Made by a program: the position numbers and the translations under genes. Below the pieces are notes generated by a model. That model searched no databases. It saw only the letters and a program-made list of their open reading frames with translations, and was not told where the DNA came from. Positions 15,170 through 27,570 of a stretch of DNA of 64,000 bases are shown in pieces. Source of the DNA: Octopus sinensis (taxonomy: Eukaryota). The stretch lies in contig NC_043022.1 of assembly GCF_006345805.1 (NCBI RefSeq), positions 9,300,001-9,364,000 of the forward strand, in the 5' to 3' direction. How positions within the stretch are numbered: position 1 is the first letter of the stretch; each line of letters begins with the position of its first letter.

Positions 15170-15385
15170 CTCATAGGGCCAGTCTCTGTAGCTCATATAT
15201 TCCCTCCTGGGCAGGACGCCGGACCATTGCAAGATTATCCATTTTTGCCAACTGAGTGGACCAAAGTAACATGAAATGAAATGTTTTGCTCAAGAACACA
15301 ACGCATAACCCGGTCCAGGAATCGAAACCACAATCTTATGATCATGAGTCAAGCACCCTAACCACTAAGCCATGTATCTCCACTC
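15170..15385 (-). mobile_element. Family C tRNA-derived SINE
   Basis: Antisense match to the young family C copy at 36099-36366. Confidence 0.8.
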
Positions 15386-15449
15386 TACATATCTCTACTC
15401 TCTACAAATGTTACTGACTCTGTTACACACACACACACATACACATATA

Positions 15450-15601
15450 CAGTGATGGCCAAAAGTTTGGAACATAGGTCTGAAAATTAGGATTTTTATA
15501 TTAAATGCCCAAATATATACAATCTATATATTTGAATCGAATTGTACTTGGGCATAATAATTTATTTTTTTTTAAATGTTCCAAACTTTTGGCCACAACT
15601 G
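15450..15601. mobile_element. Tc1-like MITE
   Basis: 25-bp TIRs cagtgatggccaaaagtttggaaca / tgttccaaacttttggccacaactg (2 mismatches), preceded by TA. Confidence 0.8.
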
Positions 15602-15885
15602 TGTAAAAAGCATCCAGGCTACACTGTAAGGTGGTTGGCATTTGGAGCAGCATCCAGCCATAAAAATCATACCCAAACTGACCTCGCCTGTACTGGTGCC
15701 ACATAAAAAGCACTCAGTCCACTCGGCGGAGTGGTTGGTGTTAGGAAGGGCATCCAGCTGTGAAAACCCCTACTAAAACAGACACAGTAGCCTGGGGTAG
15801 TCTTCTACTTGGCTGGCTCCTATCAACCGCCCTACACATGCATGCATGGAAGATGAACATTAAACAATGATGATGATGATGATGT
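15602..15885 (+). mobile_element. Family D SINE (RTE-like 3' tail)
   Basis: gagtggttggtgttaggaagggcatccagctgt motif and ...cattaaacaatgatgatg tail. Confidence 0.7.
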
Positions 15886-16469
15886 GTGTGTGAGATCATT
15901 GCAGTACAAGTCTTCTCCATGTATGTTGTCAGCTTCTTCCTCTCACTATTCACTTTGGCTCCCATTCTTTATTGCTCTATATTATTCTTTTTCAGTGCAT
16001 TCTTTCATTCTCTTAATTTTCTTAATCTCTTACATTCTTATTCATTACTCTTGAACAACTGATTTCCTCTTTCTCCAGCTCTCTCTCTCTCCTCCCTCAT
16101 TTTTATCCCTCCATTTCCAAATTATGTTAACTTTATGCACCACTACCTGTACTAGCCGGAATCTTTGTCTGCAAACATTTCTCCTGTCTACTATGTCACA
16201 TCTTTGATAACAAAAGTCTGTGACAATAGGAAGTTTAGTTCCTGAGATTGTATGCGTACGTGTACGTGTACGTGTGTGTGTGTGTGTGTGATTGTTAGTT
16301 TCAGGTCACCGAAAAATGTTGATTTCTAATTTATTGATTTTTGTTCTTCTTAAAGTTACTTTACGCAGATATAGTTTAATACTTTGAAACAGTTCCATAG
16401 TATAGCAATGTGGCCTGGACAATAGGAAAAAAAAAATTATTCAAATTCGTTAGGCATAAAAATAAACAG

Positions 16470-16665
16470 TGGCTCCAAATTTTGTCTCAATGTCAGCAAT
16501 TTTAGGGGGAGTGGGGTCAGTCAGTTGCATTGCTCCCCAGAACTCAGGTGGCACTTACTTTATTGACTTCGAAAGAATGAAAGGCAAAGTCTACCTCAGC
16601 AGAATTTGAACTGGGAATGCTGCCTAGCATTTCGTCCAGCATGCTAACCATTCTGCCAGCTTCCC
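16470..16665 (-). mobile_element. Family B SINE
   Basis: gaaaggcaaagtctacctcagcagaatttgaact...catgctaaccattctgccagct. Confidence 0.75.
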
Positions 16666-16847
16666 ACCTTACAGAAAATAATGACTGACTGTTGCAAGAC
16701 TGAAGACATCCGCAGCTAATAGCTCTAGTAAAATAAGCAGTTCCTTCCCAGGTTATATAAACTCATAGGGCTGGTTTCCCAGTTTCATGGTGTATATATT
16801 CCCACCTGGACAGGATGCTGGTCCATCACAGGATTACTCATTTTTCC

Positions 16848-17370
16848 AGTTGAGTGGACTGGAGCAATGTGAAATGAAGTGTTTTGCTCAAGAATACAAT
16901 ACACTGCCCAGTCCAGGAATTGAAACCACAATCTAGAAGTCATGAGTGCAACATCCTAACCATTAGCTGAGTGGACTGGAGCAACATGGAATGAAGTGTT
17001 TTGCTGAAGAACACAATGCACTGCCCAGTCCAGGAATTGAAACCACAATCTAGAAGTCATGAGTGCAACATCCTAACCATTAGCTGAGTGGACTGGAGCA
17101 ACGTGAAATGAAGTGTCTTGCTCAAGAACACAATGCACTGCCCAGTCCAGGAATTGAAACCACAATCTGGAAGTCATGAGTGCAACATCCTAACCATTAG
17201 CTGAGTGGACTGGAGCAACATGAAATGAAGTGTCTTGCTCAAGAACACAATGCACTGCCCAGTCCAGGAATTGAAACCACAATCTGGAAGTCATGAGTGC
17301 AACATCCTAACCATTAGCTGAGTGGACTGGAGCAACGTGAAATGAAGTGTTTTGCTCAAGAACACAACAC
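16848..17370 (-). repeat. Tandem array of a family C SINE head: four full 117-bp units plus a partial fifth
   Basis: Unit starts at 16848, 16965, 17082, 17199 and 17316; the rest of the SINE lies at about 16750-16847. Confidence 0.95.
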
Positions 17371-17606
17371 GTCAACCAATCCAACACACACACCAATGCT
17401 TTTTATGTGGCACCTTGGTTTTAGGATTTCAGTTCTGTTCTGGTGCGTGGGTCTTCTATGGGTTTAAATATGTCTCTGGCATATTTGAACTGGTAACAAC
17501 TTTATGATTGTACACATAACTGTTTAGTGCTTCTAATTTGTTTTTTACTATGGCCAGGCCTCTGATTAGCACAACCAGTCACAGTACTTTGATTGGAATG
17601 TATCAA

Positions 17607-17827
17607 CCCTTTCAATACCAACCCAGCTGGAACCACCTCTGGCTCTGTAGTACAAATGATTTGTTTTCAAAAGTTTTGAATTAAAATCTTCCACCAAACC
17701 TTAGTCACAATTTATGTTCCTAACACTAGCTTACTGATAACTAAGTTATTTTACTAAATTCTTTGTTATATTTTAAATTAATTGAAATAAACACAGAGCA
17801 TCTCAACAGAAATATGGTAGCAAAGGG
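17607..17827. mobile_element. piggyBac-like MITE family P1, degenerate copy
   Basis: Same interior as 18007-18228; ccct...aggg ends with decayed TTAA. Confidence 0.7.
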
Positions 17828-18006
17828 CTTAAGGTCTTTCAAGTATTGGTTTGGTTTCCATGTCTGGAATTTCTGCTCTAAATCATCATTGTTGTCGTCA
17901 TCATTGTAAAAGCAGAAAGGGAGAACGAAGTTTTCATATGAAACTGAAGTTTCTAGTCTCTGGACATCTTAATTTCTTTTTTTATGTTTAGTTGTTGCCA
18001 ATTTAA

Positions 18007-18228
18007 CCCTTTTGATACCAACCCACCTGAAACTACCTCTGGCTCTGTAGTACAAATGTCTTCTTTCCAAAAGTTTTGAATTAAAATCTTCCACCAAGCC
18101 TTAGTCACAATTTATGTTCCCAACACTAGCTTAATGATAACTAAGTTATTTTACTAAATTCTTTGTTATATTTAAAATTAATTGAAAGAAACTAAGAGCA
18201 TCTCAAAATAAATATGGTAACAAAAGGG
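18007..18228. mobile_element. piggyBac-like MITE family P1
   Basis: TTAA-CCCTTTTGATACCA ... TGGTAACAAAAGGG-TTAA. Confidence 0.85.
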
Positions 18229-18529
18229 TTAAGAGAGGAACCCGGTCTCTTGTCATTTTGGAGCACCTCTCTTTCCAGTGTTCACTACTGAAAAGGAGAT
18301 AACTTCTCTGAAATGCATGCATCCATCAATCTGGGTAGAGGGTGCTACAGACTGATTTGGTGTAATGACACATTTTATGTACAGTAACAAGTTTTCTCCA
18401 TAACAGAATGCAGTGAATGGCTTTCTTACAAGTTTGAACATGCCGCAAGCATATTTAAACTGGTAAACAAGTTTATAAAAACATTCAGCTTTGGACATGA
18501 TTGTATTATCGTTATTAAGATCAGCATTG

Positions 18530-18645
18530 AAGGCAGTTAGCTGGCAGAATCGTTAGATTTCGTCCGACTTTATATTTTGAGTTCAAATTTCACCAAGGTT
18601 GACTTTCCCTTTCATCCTTTCAGGGTCGATAAAATAAGTACCAAA
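18530..18645 (+). mobile_element. Family B SINE, 5' part
   Basis: gaaggcagttagctggcagaatcgttag...gagttcaaatttcacc...gggtcgataaaataagtacc. Confidence 0.75.
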
Positions 18646-18704
18646 GACATAAATAAATACAGGTATATTAAATACCATACAACAAAGATTCTTGAACCAT
18701 TGTT

Positions 18705-18924
18705 CCTTTAGCATTTAAACCAGCCGTATCCAGCCAAAATATTTTACCTGTTTTTATGCTCATGCTAGCTAGATCTAGCCTCTCATGCCTAGCCTACATT
18801 GTCATTCTAAAAATATATAATCACATCATTGAAATCTTGAAGTTATGAGATAATGCATGATTAATTCAAAACAATGTTAATATATAAGCATTACATTTGA
18901 CAGAGTAATCTGACTGCTAAAGGG
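18705..18924. mobile_element. piggyBac-like MITE family P2
   Basis: cctttagcatt...tgctaaaggg-TTAA; same family at about 25390-25580, 46370-46470, 47170-47500, 51170-51355 and 55685-56458. Confidence 0.75.
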
Positions 18925-18948
18925 TTAAAATCATTTCTGTCTTTAGAG

Positions 18949-19771
18949 CAGTGTTTCACAATCATTTTGTACCTATGGACCCCTTTGATAGCTATTATAC
19001 ACAAGAGGACCCTCAAAGCCATTCAATGTTTGAAAAAAAAATAAAAACATTATCCCATTATATTTTTATAATTGAATATTAATAAAAATTGTATTTAAAA
19101 AATGATTAAAACATTTTGTGTATTGTGGATGTATAACCAATTTATTGCTTATAAACTTTAACCACAAAACCTTATATGGACCCCTTAGAGTCATGTGGAC
19201 CCCAGTTGAGAACCATTGCTCTAGAGTAGGGGTTCTCGACAATTTTTTTTATCTATGGACCCCTTTGGTTACTGTTTCATTCTGGTGGACCCCAATAACC
19301 ATTCTATGTTTTAGATATAGATACTTCTTTTAAAATTTCTATTTTGTTTTTCACATATTATCTTGTGTATGTTGAACTACGTAAAATGTCAGAGAAAGAA
19401 ACCTACCTGTTTCTTGCAATATATACCAATACATACATCTACAGCAAAATTTCTTCAGGTTCTCAACCATTTTTTACCAATGGCCCCTTTGATTACTATT
19501 TTATTCTGGTGGACCCCCATAGCCTTTGATGTTGAAAAACTAGTTTTATAGAAACTTCTTTAGAAATTCCTATTTTGTTTGTCACCCATTAACTTGTGTA
19601 GGTTGAACTATGTAAAGCATTAAAGAAAAAAACCCAGCTGTTTCTTGCAAAACATACCAATACATAAATCTAAAGCATAATTTCTTCAGGGCCCTCAAAA
19701 AACTGTTGTGGATCCCCAAAAATTTTATATGGACCTTCAGGGGTCATATGGACCCTGGTTCAGAACCACTG
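18949..19771. mobile_element. Two adjacent hAT (Charlie-like) MITEs, 18949-19218 and 19227-19771
   Basis: cagtgtttc/taggggttctc ... gagaaccattg/agaaccactg termini; 8-bp sites ctttagag (18941), ctctagag (19219), ctctagag (19772). Confidence 0.8.
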
Positions 19772-20169
19772 CTCTAGAGAATGTATTTGATGCTTTAAGT
19801 GGGTCAGGAGACCACATCTCACATATACATCCCGTTTTGACATGTTTCGAGAGAATTAGATATACCACCATTGGTTACTCTGATACTATAGCTTCAAAAG
19901 ATTGAGTGACAGAACATTAGTGTGTCTGAAGAGCTTTGCAAAATATAAACTACATTTCGTAAATCAATAAGGATCTAATGAGATGTGATTTTATGATTTA
20001 ATGAATTTGCTGGCCTTCGTCTCACTAGTATCCAAAAGTGAAAGCCATTTGACCATTGCTGATGCATAAGATTTCTGACATTGGAGACTAACCTCTTTAG
20101 GAAATCAAAGATGTCACTGGAAAAGACATCCATTCCTGTTATTTAGATGGTCTCCTCTCTATATGTTAA

Positions 20170-20208
<39 letters not shown>

Positions 20209-20727
20209 TCATCCTCTGCATTACTCTTCTTACCTCCTTCTCCTGTCCCCTTCTCTCTATTTCTGTCTCTCCCCTCTCTCTTTGTCTCTCTCTCACTCTC
20301 ATTCCTCTTTCCATCCCCTCTTTACTCCTCTTTCTCTTTCTCTCCCTCTCTTTGTCTCTCATTCTCTTTCCTCTCTTCTTCCATCCCCCTCTTTACTCCT
20401 CTTACCTCCTTCCCCTGTTCCTCTTCTCTCTCTCTCTCTCCATCCCCCTCCTTACTCTTACCTCCTCCCCCTGTCCTCAACTCTCTCTTTCCCTCTCACC
20501 CTCTCTTTCCCTTTCCTTCTCCACCCCCATTCTCTCCTGCTCTCCCTCTCACTCATTTGTTAAACACTACACTCCAAGCACCTTTTCTCTACATATAACT
20601 CTTTATAAAGACACTTACACACTTCTTCTTATTCCTTCTTTATTTTCCATCGGCACAATTATGCGATTGATTGACTGATTAATTAATCAATTGAATGGAT
20701 GCTTTCCACTCCACCCACATTTATCAG

Positions 20728-20783
<56 letters not shown>

Positions 20784-22660
20784 ATGTTCCTGTTTTTGAT
20801 AGAAACAGTATATATTGTTGCTTAATTACATCTATGTTTTCCATCTGTCTTGTATTGTTTTATGACCCACTTTCTCTCTCTGTCTGTCTGTCTCTCTCTT
20901 TTCTTTCCCCTCTCACACATATCTATATATACACATCACACAAACACACACACATTCTTGCATATATACAACTCCACACAGTTCTTTCTCTCTATTCCTC
21001 TTCCACTCTCTCTTTCACTGTATATACATATATATATATATGTGCATCTACATACATATATATATATGTATGTATGTATGTGTGCGTGTGTGTGTGTTTC
21101 TCTCTCTCTACATATATATGTATGTATGTTTGTATGTATGTGTGTGTGTCTCTCTCTCTACATATATATATATATATATGTATGTATGTATGTATACACC
21201 TGCTCACATAATCCAAATGCACACATAAGTCCCCCCATTTCTTTCTCTCTTTCCCTGTCCCTTCACCTCTCATTTTCTCTCTCTCTCTCTTTCTCTCTCT
21301 CACTCTCTCTCTCACTCTCTCCCTCTCTCTTCCCTGTACACACACCTACATGTATACACACACACCTACACATGTATGTGCGCACAAACACGCAAAACCA
21401 CCTACACCTTTACCCCCCCTCCTCCACCACACAGAAAAACCAACCAACCGCCCACCCTCCCTCCCTTCCTTCCCGCTGAAGTACATACATTATTATGTCT
21501 CTTAAGCATCTGATTTTGTTCGTCTCAATAGTTCCTTCCCCCTTTCTCACCATCACTTTCACTTTCACTCTTGCTCTCTCTCACCTACATCTTCGATCAT
21601 CATACCAATCCCACCACCACCATTGTTACCGCCAACAACAACAGCATCAACAACAACACCGATTCTCCATACTGCTTCCAGGTTTGATTTTTCTGTGGTA
21701 GAACATTCCAGGCGCATTCTAATCTCATAATGTGTTTTGCTTGCTTATTTCCATTACTGATGTTTCTGCCTTTTTAACTTTTAATTGATGTTTCACACTG
21801 CTTCTTGCTACTTCGGTGCAAAAAAATAAACCTGCGCTACCACTAACTACCACTGTCACCGCCATCACCATCATGTCCCCCACAACCACCACTGCTGCCA
21901 CCACCACCACCACCATCAACACTACCAATGACAATATCATTACAACCAACACGACTATTCTACCAATGTTACTTCTAACAATCAGCCACTACCACTACCA
22001 TCTCAACTACTACCACAACTACAACTATCACAATCACACCATCACCACTACAACTCCTACAACCACCTACACCACAACCACCAACACCACAACCACCAAT
22101 ACCATAACCACCAATGCCATAACCACCAACGCCACAACCACCACCACAACTACAACCACCACCATTAGCCATCGCTATTATCACTGCTGACATATAATCA
22201 CCATCAGCATCATCATCACAACTGTCCATTATACCACAATTCTCACCCCCCTCTCCATATCTTCCACCATACCATCAAACCATCATATGCTTCCATCACC
22301 TCCATCTGCCATTCCATTATTTCCATTCACCAGAACACCATCTTCGTTTAATATACCATAATCACCTCCATTCTTCATACCATCACTCCTACCACTGTCC
22401 AGCTTTCAACCAGTCAACATACTGTCAATTACTTTCGTCTATTATAGACCATACCACCATCATTATCACCACCACCATGCTACTATCATCTCCACAACTC
22501 CCATCACAACCATCATCACTGAGACCACCACTGTATTCATTCATTACATCGTCACCACCACCATCTCCAGTTTCTATCATTTTACCATCCACCATCAGCT
22601 TCACCCACCATAAACCATATCACCACCACCACACCAATTCCGAGCCACCAAAAATAGGGC
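20170..22660. repeat. Large compound low-complexity block: (CT)n, (TA/TG)n, (ACC/CAT)n
   Basis: Direct reading. Confidence 0.9.
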
Positions 22661-23104
22661 TTCTGTGCCCATCAGTTAAACTGCTATAAACAGCTGGGAA
22701 ATTTTCTCTCAATCACACCATATCCCTTTTTAGAAAAGGACACATTGAATAATGTAATCTCAGATACATTATGCCAGTAGAAAAAAAAGAAAAGCAAGAA
22801 ACAGATATGTATGGAATGTCTTTGATCATAAGTCTACCCAATCACACCCAGAATTATGGATAGACATTATCACATCACCATTACCAACTTGCAGCCATTG
22901 TCGCCATCCCTAGCAGCCCACTACCATTCTGGAGCACTGCCATGTATGCAAACATATGCATGTGTGTGCATACATGCATAGACACATATTCATTCTTATG
23001 AAACCAGTTTCATAAGTACAATACACGAAACTTTCATCCATTGAATCACTTATGTCACTTCAGACACATACACACATATATATATATATGTGTGTGTGTG
23101 TGTG

Positions 23105-23280
23105 TATAGGGGAAATTCACGAAAAAAAACAAAAGACAAAGACAGGTGGTGTACAAAACAAACAGATGTATTAGTATAACGCTCAGGAATTGAAAAAGTC
23201 TTTTACATTTCGAGCCTATGCTCTTCCACAGAAAGAAACAAGGAGAGAAAAAAAATGTGTTTAGTGGCTACCAAGCTATC
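23105..23280 (-). mobile_element. Short repeat with a degenerate hammerhead-like fold (possible Penelope-like element end)
   Basis: Minus strand 23199-23236 reads TCTTT-CTGTGGA-A-GAGC-ATAG-GCTC-GAA-ATGT-A-AAAGA. Confidence 0.5.
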
Positions 23281-23298
23281 ATATATATATATATATAT

Positions 23299-23331
<33 letters not shown>

Positions 23332-23354
23332 GTATAAATGTGTGTGTGTGTGTG

Positions 23355-23920
23355 TGTAGGTACAGGCATGGCTGTGTGGTAAGAAGCTTGTTTCCCAACC
23401 ATATGGTTCCAGGTTCAGTTCCAATGTATGGACCTTGGCCAAGTATCTTTTACTCTAGCCTCAAGCCAGCCAAAGCCTTGTTAGTGGATTTGATAGACAG
23501 AAACTGAAAGAAACCTGCCATATATGTGTGTGTTCATGTGTTTGTGTTCGTCCCCCACCACTGCTTGGTAATTGTGTTGTGTTTACATCTTCACAACTTA
23601 GTGGTTCACCAAAGAGATCGATAGAATAGAACCAGGCTTAATTCAGGTCAATTTATTTGACTAAAAAGTCTTCAAGGCTACGGTGCAATAACTGAAAATG
23701 AGTAAAAGATATTTATATATATTTGTTATATGTATATATATATATATATTGTTTCAGTCATTTTGACTGCGGCCCTGCTGGAGCACTGCCTTTAGTCAAG
23801 CAAATCAACCCCAGGACTTATTCTTTGTAAGCATAGTACTTATTTCATCAGCCCCTTTTGCCAAACCACTAAGTTATGGGGCGCAAATGCTCCACCATCG
23901 GTTGTCAAGTGATGTTGGCC
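23355..23920. mobile_element. Family A SINE (+, about 23355-23710) followed by an antisense A 3' half (about 23745-23920)
   Basis: Family motifs in opposite orientations. Confidence 0.8.
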
Positions 23921-25199
23921 TTGTACTTAGAGTAGAAAAGAATATTGTATTGTATGGTAAGAGAACCATGTGTTTGTGTTTACATGTTCTGGATTGGTTT
24001 GGTGTTTTAGAGACAAGTGTGTGTGTATGTAGTGAGTGTGTATATATGTATATTCATATATTATTGTATTTTATTGCAAGTATTTCGAGAACGGTGTGTG
24101 TGTGTGTGTGTGTGTGTGAATGTATTCATGTGTGTGTGTGTGTGTATTTGTGTGTTGTGGATTGATTTGGTGTTTGAGAGACAACTGTGTGTGTATGTAG
24201 TGAACATATGGTTTAATATGTTACTGCATTGTAAGTATTTAGAGAACTATGTGTGCGTATGCGTCTGTATAGTGTGTGCTTGTGTGTGTGTGTGTGTGTG
24301 TACATGTCTGAATGCAGGGCTTCATGCACTTTCTTTTACCATTTTTGACATTTGACACAAATGAATCGACAGGCAATGCAATGTCATTAAGTTCTTCATG
24401 TGATAAAAGTTTGCGTGTGTGTGTGTGTATGTACATGTTTTAAAACTGTGTTTATTATACATGAATACTTCTAGTCTGGTTTTGTGTGTGTGCTTATGTA
24501 TGTGTATGTGTGTGTGTGTGTGAATGTATTCATGTGTGTGTGTGTGTTTCCATGTGTATTTTTGTTTATGTCTATGTATGTTTATGTGTATGTGTATGTT
24601 AATATACGTCAAATTCCTTTGTCTATGCATGTACTTGTGTGTATGTGTGTGTGTGTGTGTGTGTGTGCGTGCATGATTTTGGACTGTGTTTGCTAATATA
24701 CATTTAATTCCTTATATTTATGTATTTTTATTTGTGTGTGTATGTGTGCATACACATACATCTTTTAGGTTGTATCTGTTAATATGTGTGTAATTCTCTT
24801 TTCCCCTCTGTTTGTGTATGTATGCACATGTGTTTTAAACTGAATCCGTTAAAGATGTGTGATTCTCTTTTCATCTGTGTGTGTGTGTGTGTTTTGTTTG
24901 TCTAAGCGTGTTTGTCTCTCTGTATATTTGTATTTATGTAAATTTTCCCAAGCCTTGAATTTGATGTAATGATTGTTATCTTTCCAATGCAGTTGTTGTT
25001 TGTAAAGTGTTGTTAATTGCTTTTCTCGTGAGTGGTGGTGGCAGTGGCGGCGCTACATCAGTGTCGTTAACAGTGGTTGTAGAGGTCACGTAGTTTTGAA
25101 TGATGGTTTATATAGTCATGCATCCACGTTATTCACATTATATATAGAGCTCATATTGTTTTGAATGATGGTTTATATTATTTAACAATCACATAAAAA

Positions 25200-25385
25200 A
25201 AAAGCACGTAAAAAGTACCCACTACACTCTCAGAGTGGTTGGTATTAGGAAGGGCATCCAGTTGTAGAAACATTGTCTGATCAGATTAGAGCCTGGTGCA
25301 GCCGGTGGCTCTCCAGACCTCAGTCAAACCATCCAACCCATGCCAGCATGGAAAATGGACGTTAAACAATGATGATGATGATTAT
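25200..25385 (+). mobile_element. Family D SINE
   Basis: cccactacactctcagagtggttggtattaggaagggcatcc...ggacgttaaacaatgatgatg. Confidence 0.8.
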
Positions 25386-26057
25386 TCTGTCAAAAGTAAT
25401 AATTATTGATTCCCACTGTTTTGAGTTAATCACACATTATCTTGTAGCTTTGAGATTTTGATGAAGTAACTGTTAATTTTTAGAAAGACATTGTAGGGTT
25501 GGTGTGAGAGGCCACATCTGGCTAGTTTGTACATAAAACAGGTAGAATATTTGGGCCAGATGTGGCCAATTTAAATATTGATGGGTAGTATATGTTGTGT
25601 GCTGTTGATGATGTTTAACCCCAGATCAACACAAACCTAATTGAACAGGCCTATGATCAGAAGTATTCCAAGCATGACATTACAGCTTTTGATTTGGAGA
25701 TTCCATTGCAGACACCATCGTTGGCTCAGAAGTACTGTCTTTGGCTCAGTGGTATTATTGTTAGCTCAGAGGTACCATTTCTGGTTTAATAGCATTATTG
25801 TTAGTTCAGGGGTACCTTCTTTGGATCAGTGGTATTATTGTTAACTCAGAGGCTCCATCATTGACTCAGAGGTACCATTTTGGGCTTAATAGCATTATTG
25901 TTAGTTCAGAAGAAGGGAGTAATGTATGTCCAGTATGAATTAATAATTAATACTTAACAGGGGCCATGAGTTTGTTTTTATAAATTTAAAAACCATAGAT
26001 TGAAGAAGTTCCTAGGCTGAAAAATTCAATGACGAGTGTACAGTGCATATAGATGTA

Positions 26058-26107
<50 letters not shown>

Positions 26108-26208
26108 TATATAGATATATATATATATACATATACACACACACAGAGACATATATATTATATTTTATTTTGAAGAAAGCTTTTCTTTTAAAGTTATAAA
26201 CAATTTAA

Positions 26209-26428
26209 CCCTTTTGATACCAACCCAGCTGAAACCGCCTCTGGCTCTGTAGTACAAATGTCTTGTTTTCTTAAGTTTTGAATTAAAATTTTCCACCAAA
26301 CCTTTGTCACAATTTGTTACTGACACTAGCTAAATGGTAACGTAAGTTATTTTTCTAAATTCTTTGTCATATTTAAAATAATTGAAAGAAACACAGAGCA
26401 TCTCAAAATAAATACGGTAATGAAAGGG
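26209..26428. mobile_element. piggyBac-like MITE family P1
   Basis: TTAA-CCCTTTTGATACC ... GAAAGGG-TTAA, same interior as 18007-18228. Confidence 0.85.
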
Positions 26429-26879
26429 TTAAAAGAATCTTAGAAAAACAGAATGACATAAACCTTTTGGAAGGAAATTTCCATATTATAAGTGCTTTTG
26501 TTGTTGTTGTGGTGGTGTTTGCGTGTGTATAGGGGAGGTGGTGTCAGTGTATGTGCATGCATATGAGAGCAATTGTTGACTTTTCATCGCTTCACTTGTC
26601 AACTGTCCGAGCAACAATAGTGACGTGATGCTTACGTTCCTTATTGGCATTATGAAAGAGAAAGTGACAGTTACTTCATAGATTTTGCCATAGTGACTCA
26701 TTGAGAGTTTTATAATATATATATACATATGTGCATCTATTGTTTATTTAAGCTGTAACATTGGCCTGGCTGTTAGTTAGAAGCCTTCCACTGCCACAGC
26801 ATATGTTCTTAATAAACTAAAAAAAAAACCAACAGAGATGATCTGAAGATTAGCTTCAATACATAATATAGTTATATTC

Positions 26880-27570
26880 TTTTATTCTTTTTTTTTATTC
26901 TTTACTTGTGTTAGTCATTTGATTGTGGCCATGCTGGAGCACCGCCTTTAGTTGAACAAATCAACCCCAGGACTTATTGTTTGTAAGCCTAGTACTTATT
27001 CTATCAATCTCTTTTGCTGAACCACTAGGTTACGGAGACATAAACACACCAACATCGGTTGTCAAGCGATGATGGGGGGGGGGGAAACGCACACACGATG
27101 AGCTTCTTTCAGTTTCCATCTACCAAATCCACTCACAAGGCTTTGGTCGGCCTGAGACTATATAGTAAAAGATGCTTACCCAAAGTGCCATGCAATGGGA
27201 CTGAACCTGGAACTATGTGGTTGGTAAGCAAGCTACTTACCACACAGCTACTCCTGCAATTATAATCGGCCTGAGGCTATAGTAGAAGACACTTGCCCAA
27301 GGTACCATGCAGTGGGACTGAACCCAGAACCATGTGTGTGAGTTAGTGAGTGTGTGTGTGTTTGTGTCTCTGTTTGTCCCCCACCATTGGTTGACAACCG
27401 GTGTTGGTGTGTTTATGTCCCCATAACTTAATAGTTTGGCTAAAAAGACCGATTGAATAAGTACAAGGCTTTAAAAAAAATACGTCCTAAGGCTGATTTG
27501 TTCAACTAAAACCCTGCAGGGCAATGCCCCAGCCTGGCCACAGTAAAGTAACTGAACCAAGCAAAAGATA
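26880..27570. mobile_element. Family A SINE cluster: antisense copy, duplicated head segment (about 27265-27335), then a sense 3' half
   Basis: ggcctgag..ctata..gtagaagacacttgcccaagg..ccatgca.tgggactgaacc occurs twice. Confidence 0.75.

Noticed and set aside
16848-17370. CRISPR array (also considered for 7710-8715 and 53481-53678)
   Set aside because: The units are contiguous copies without unique spacers, the context is eukaryotic, and no cas genes are present
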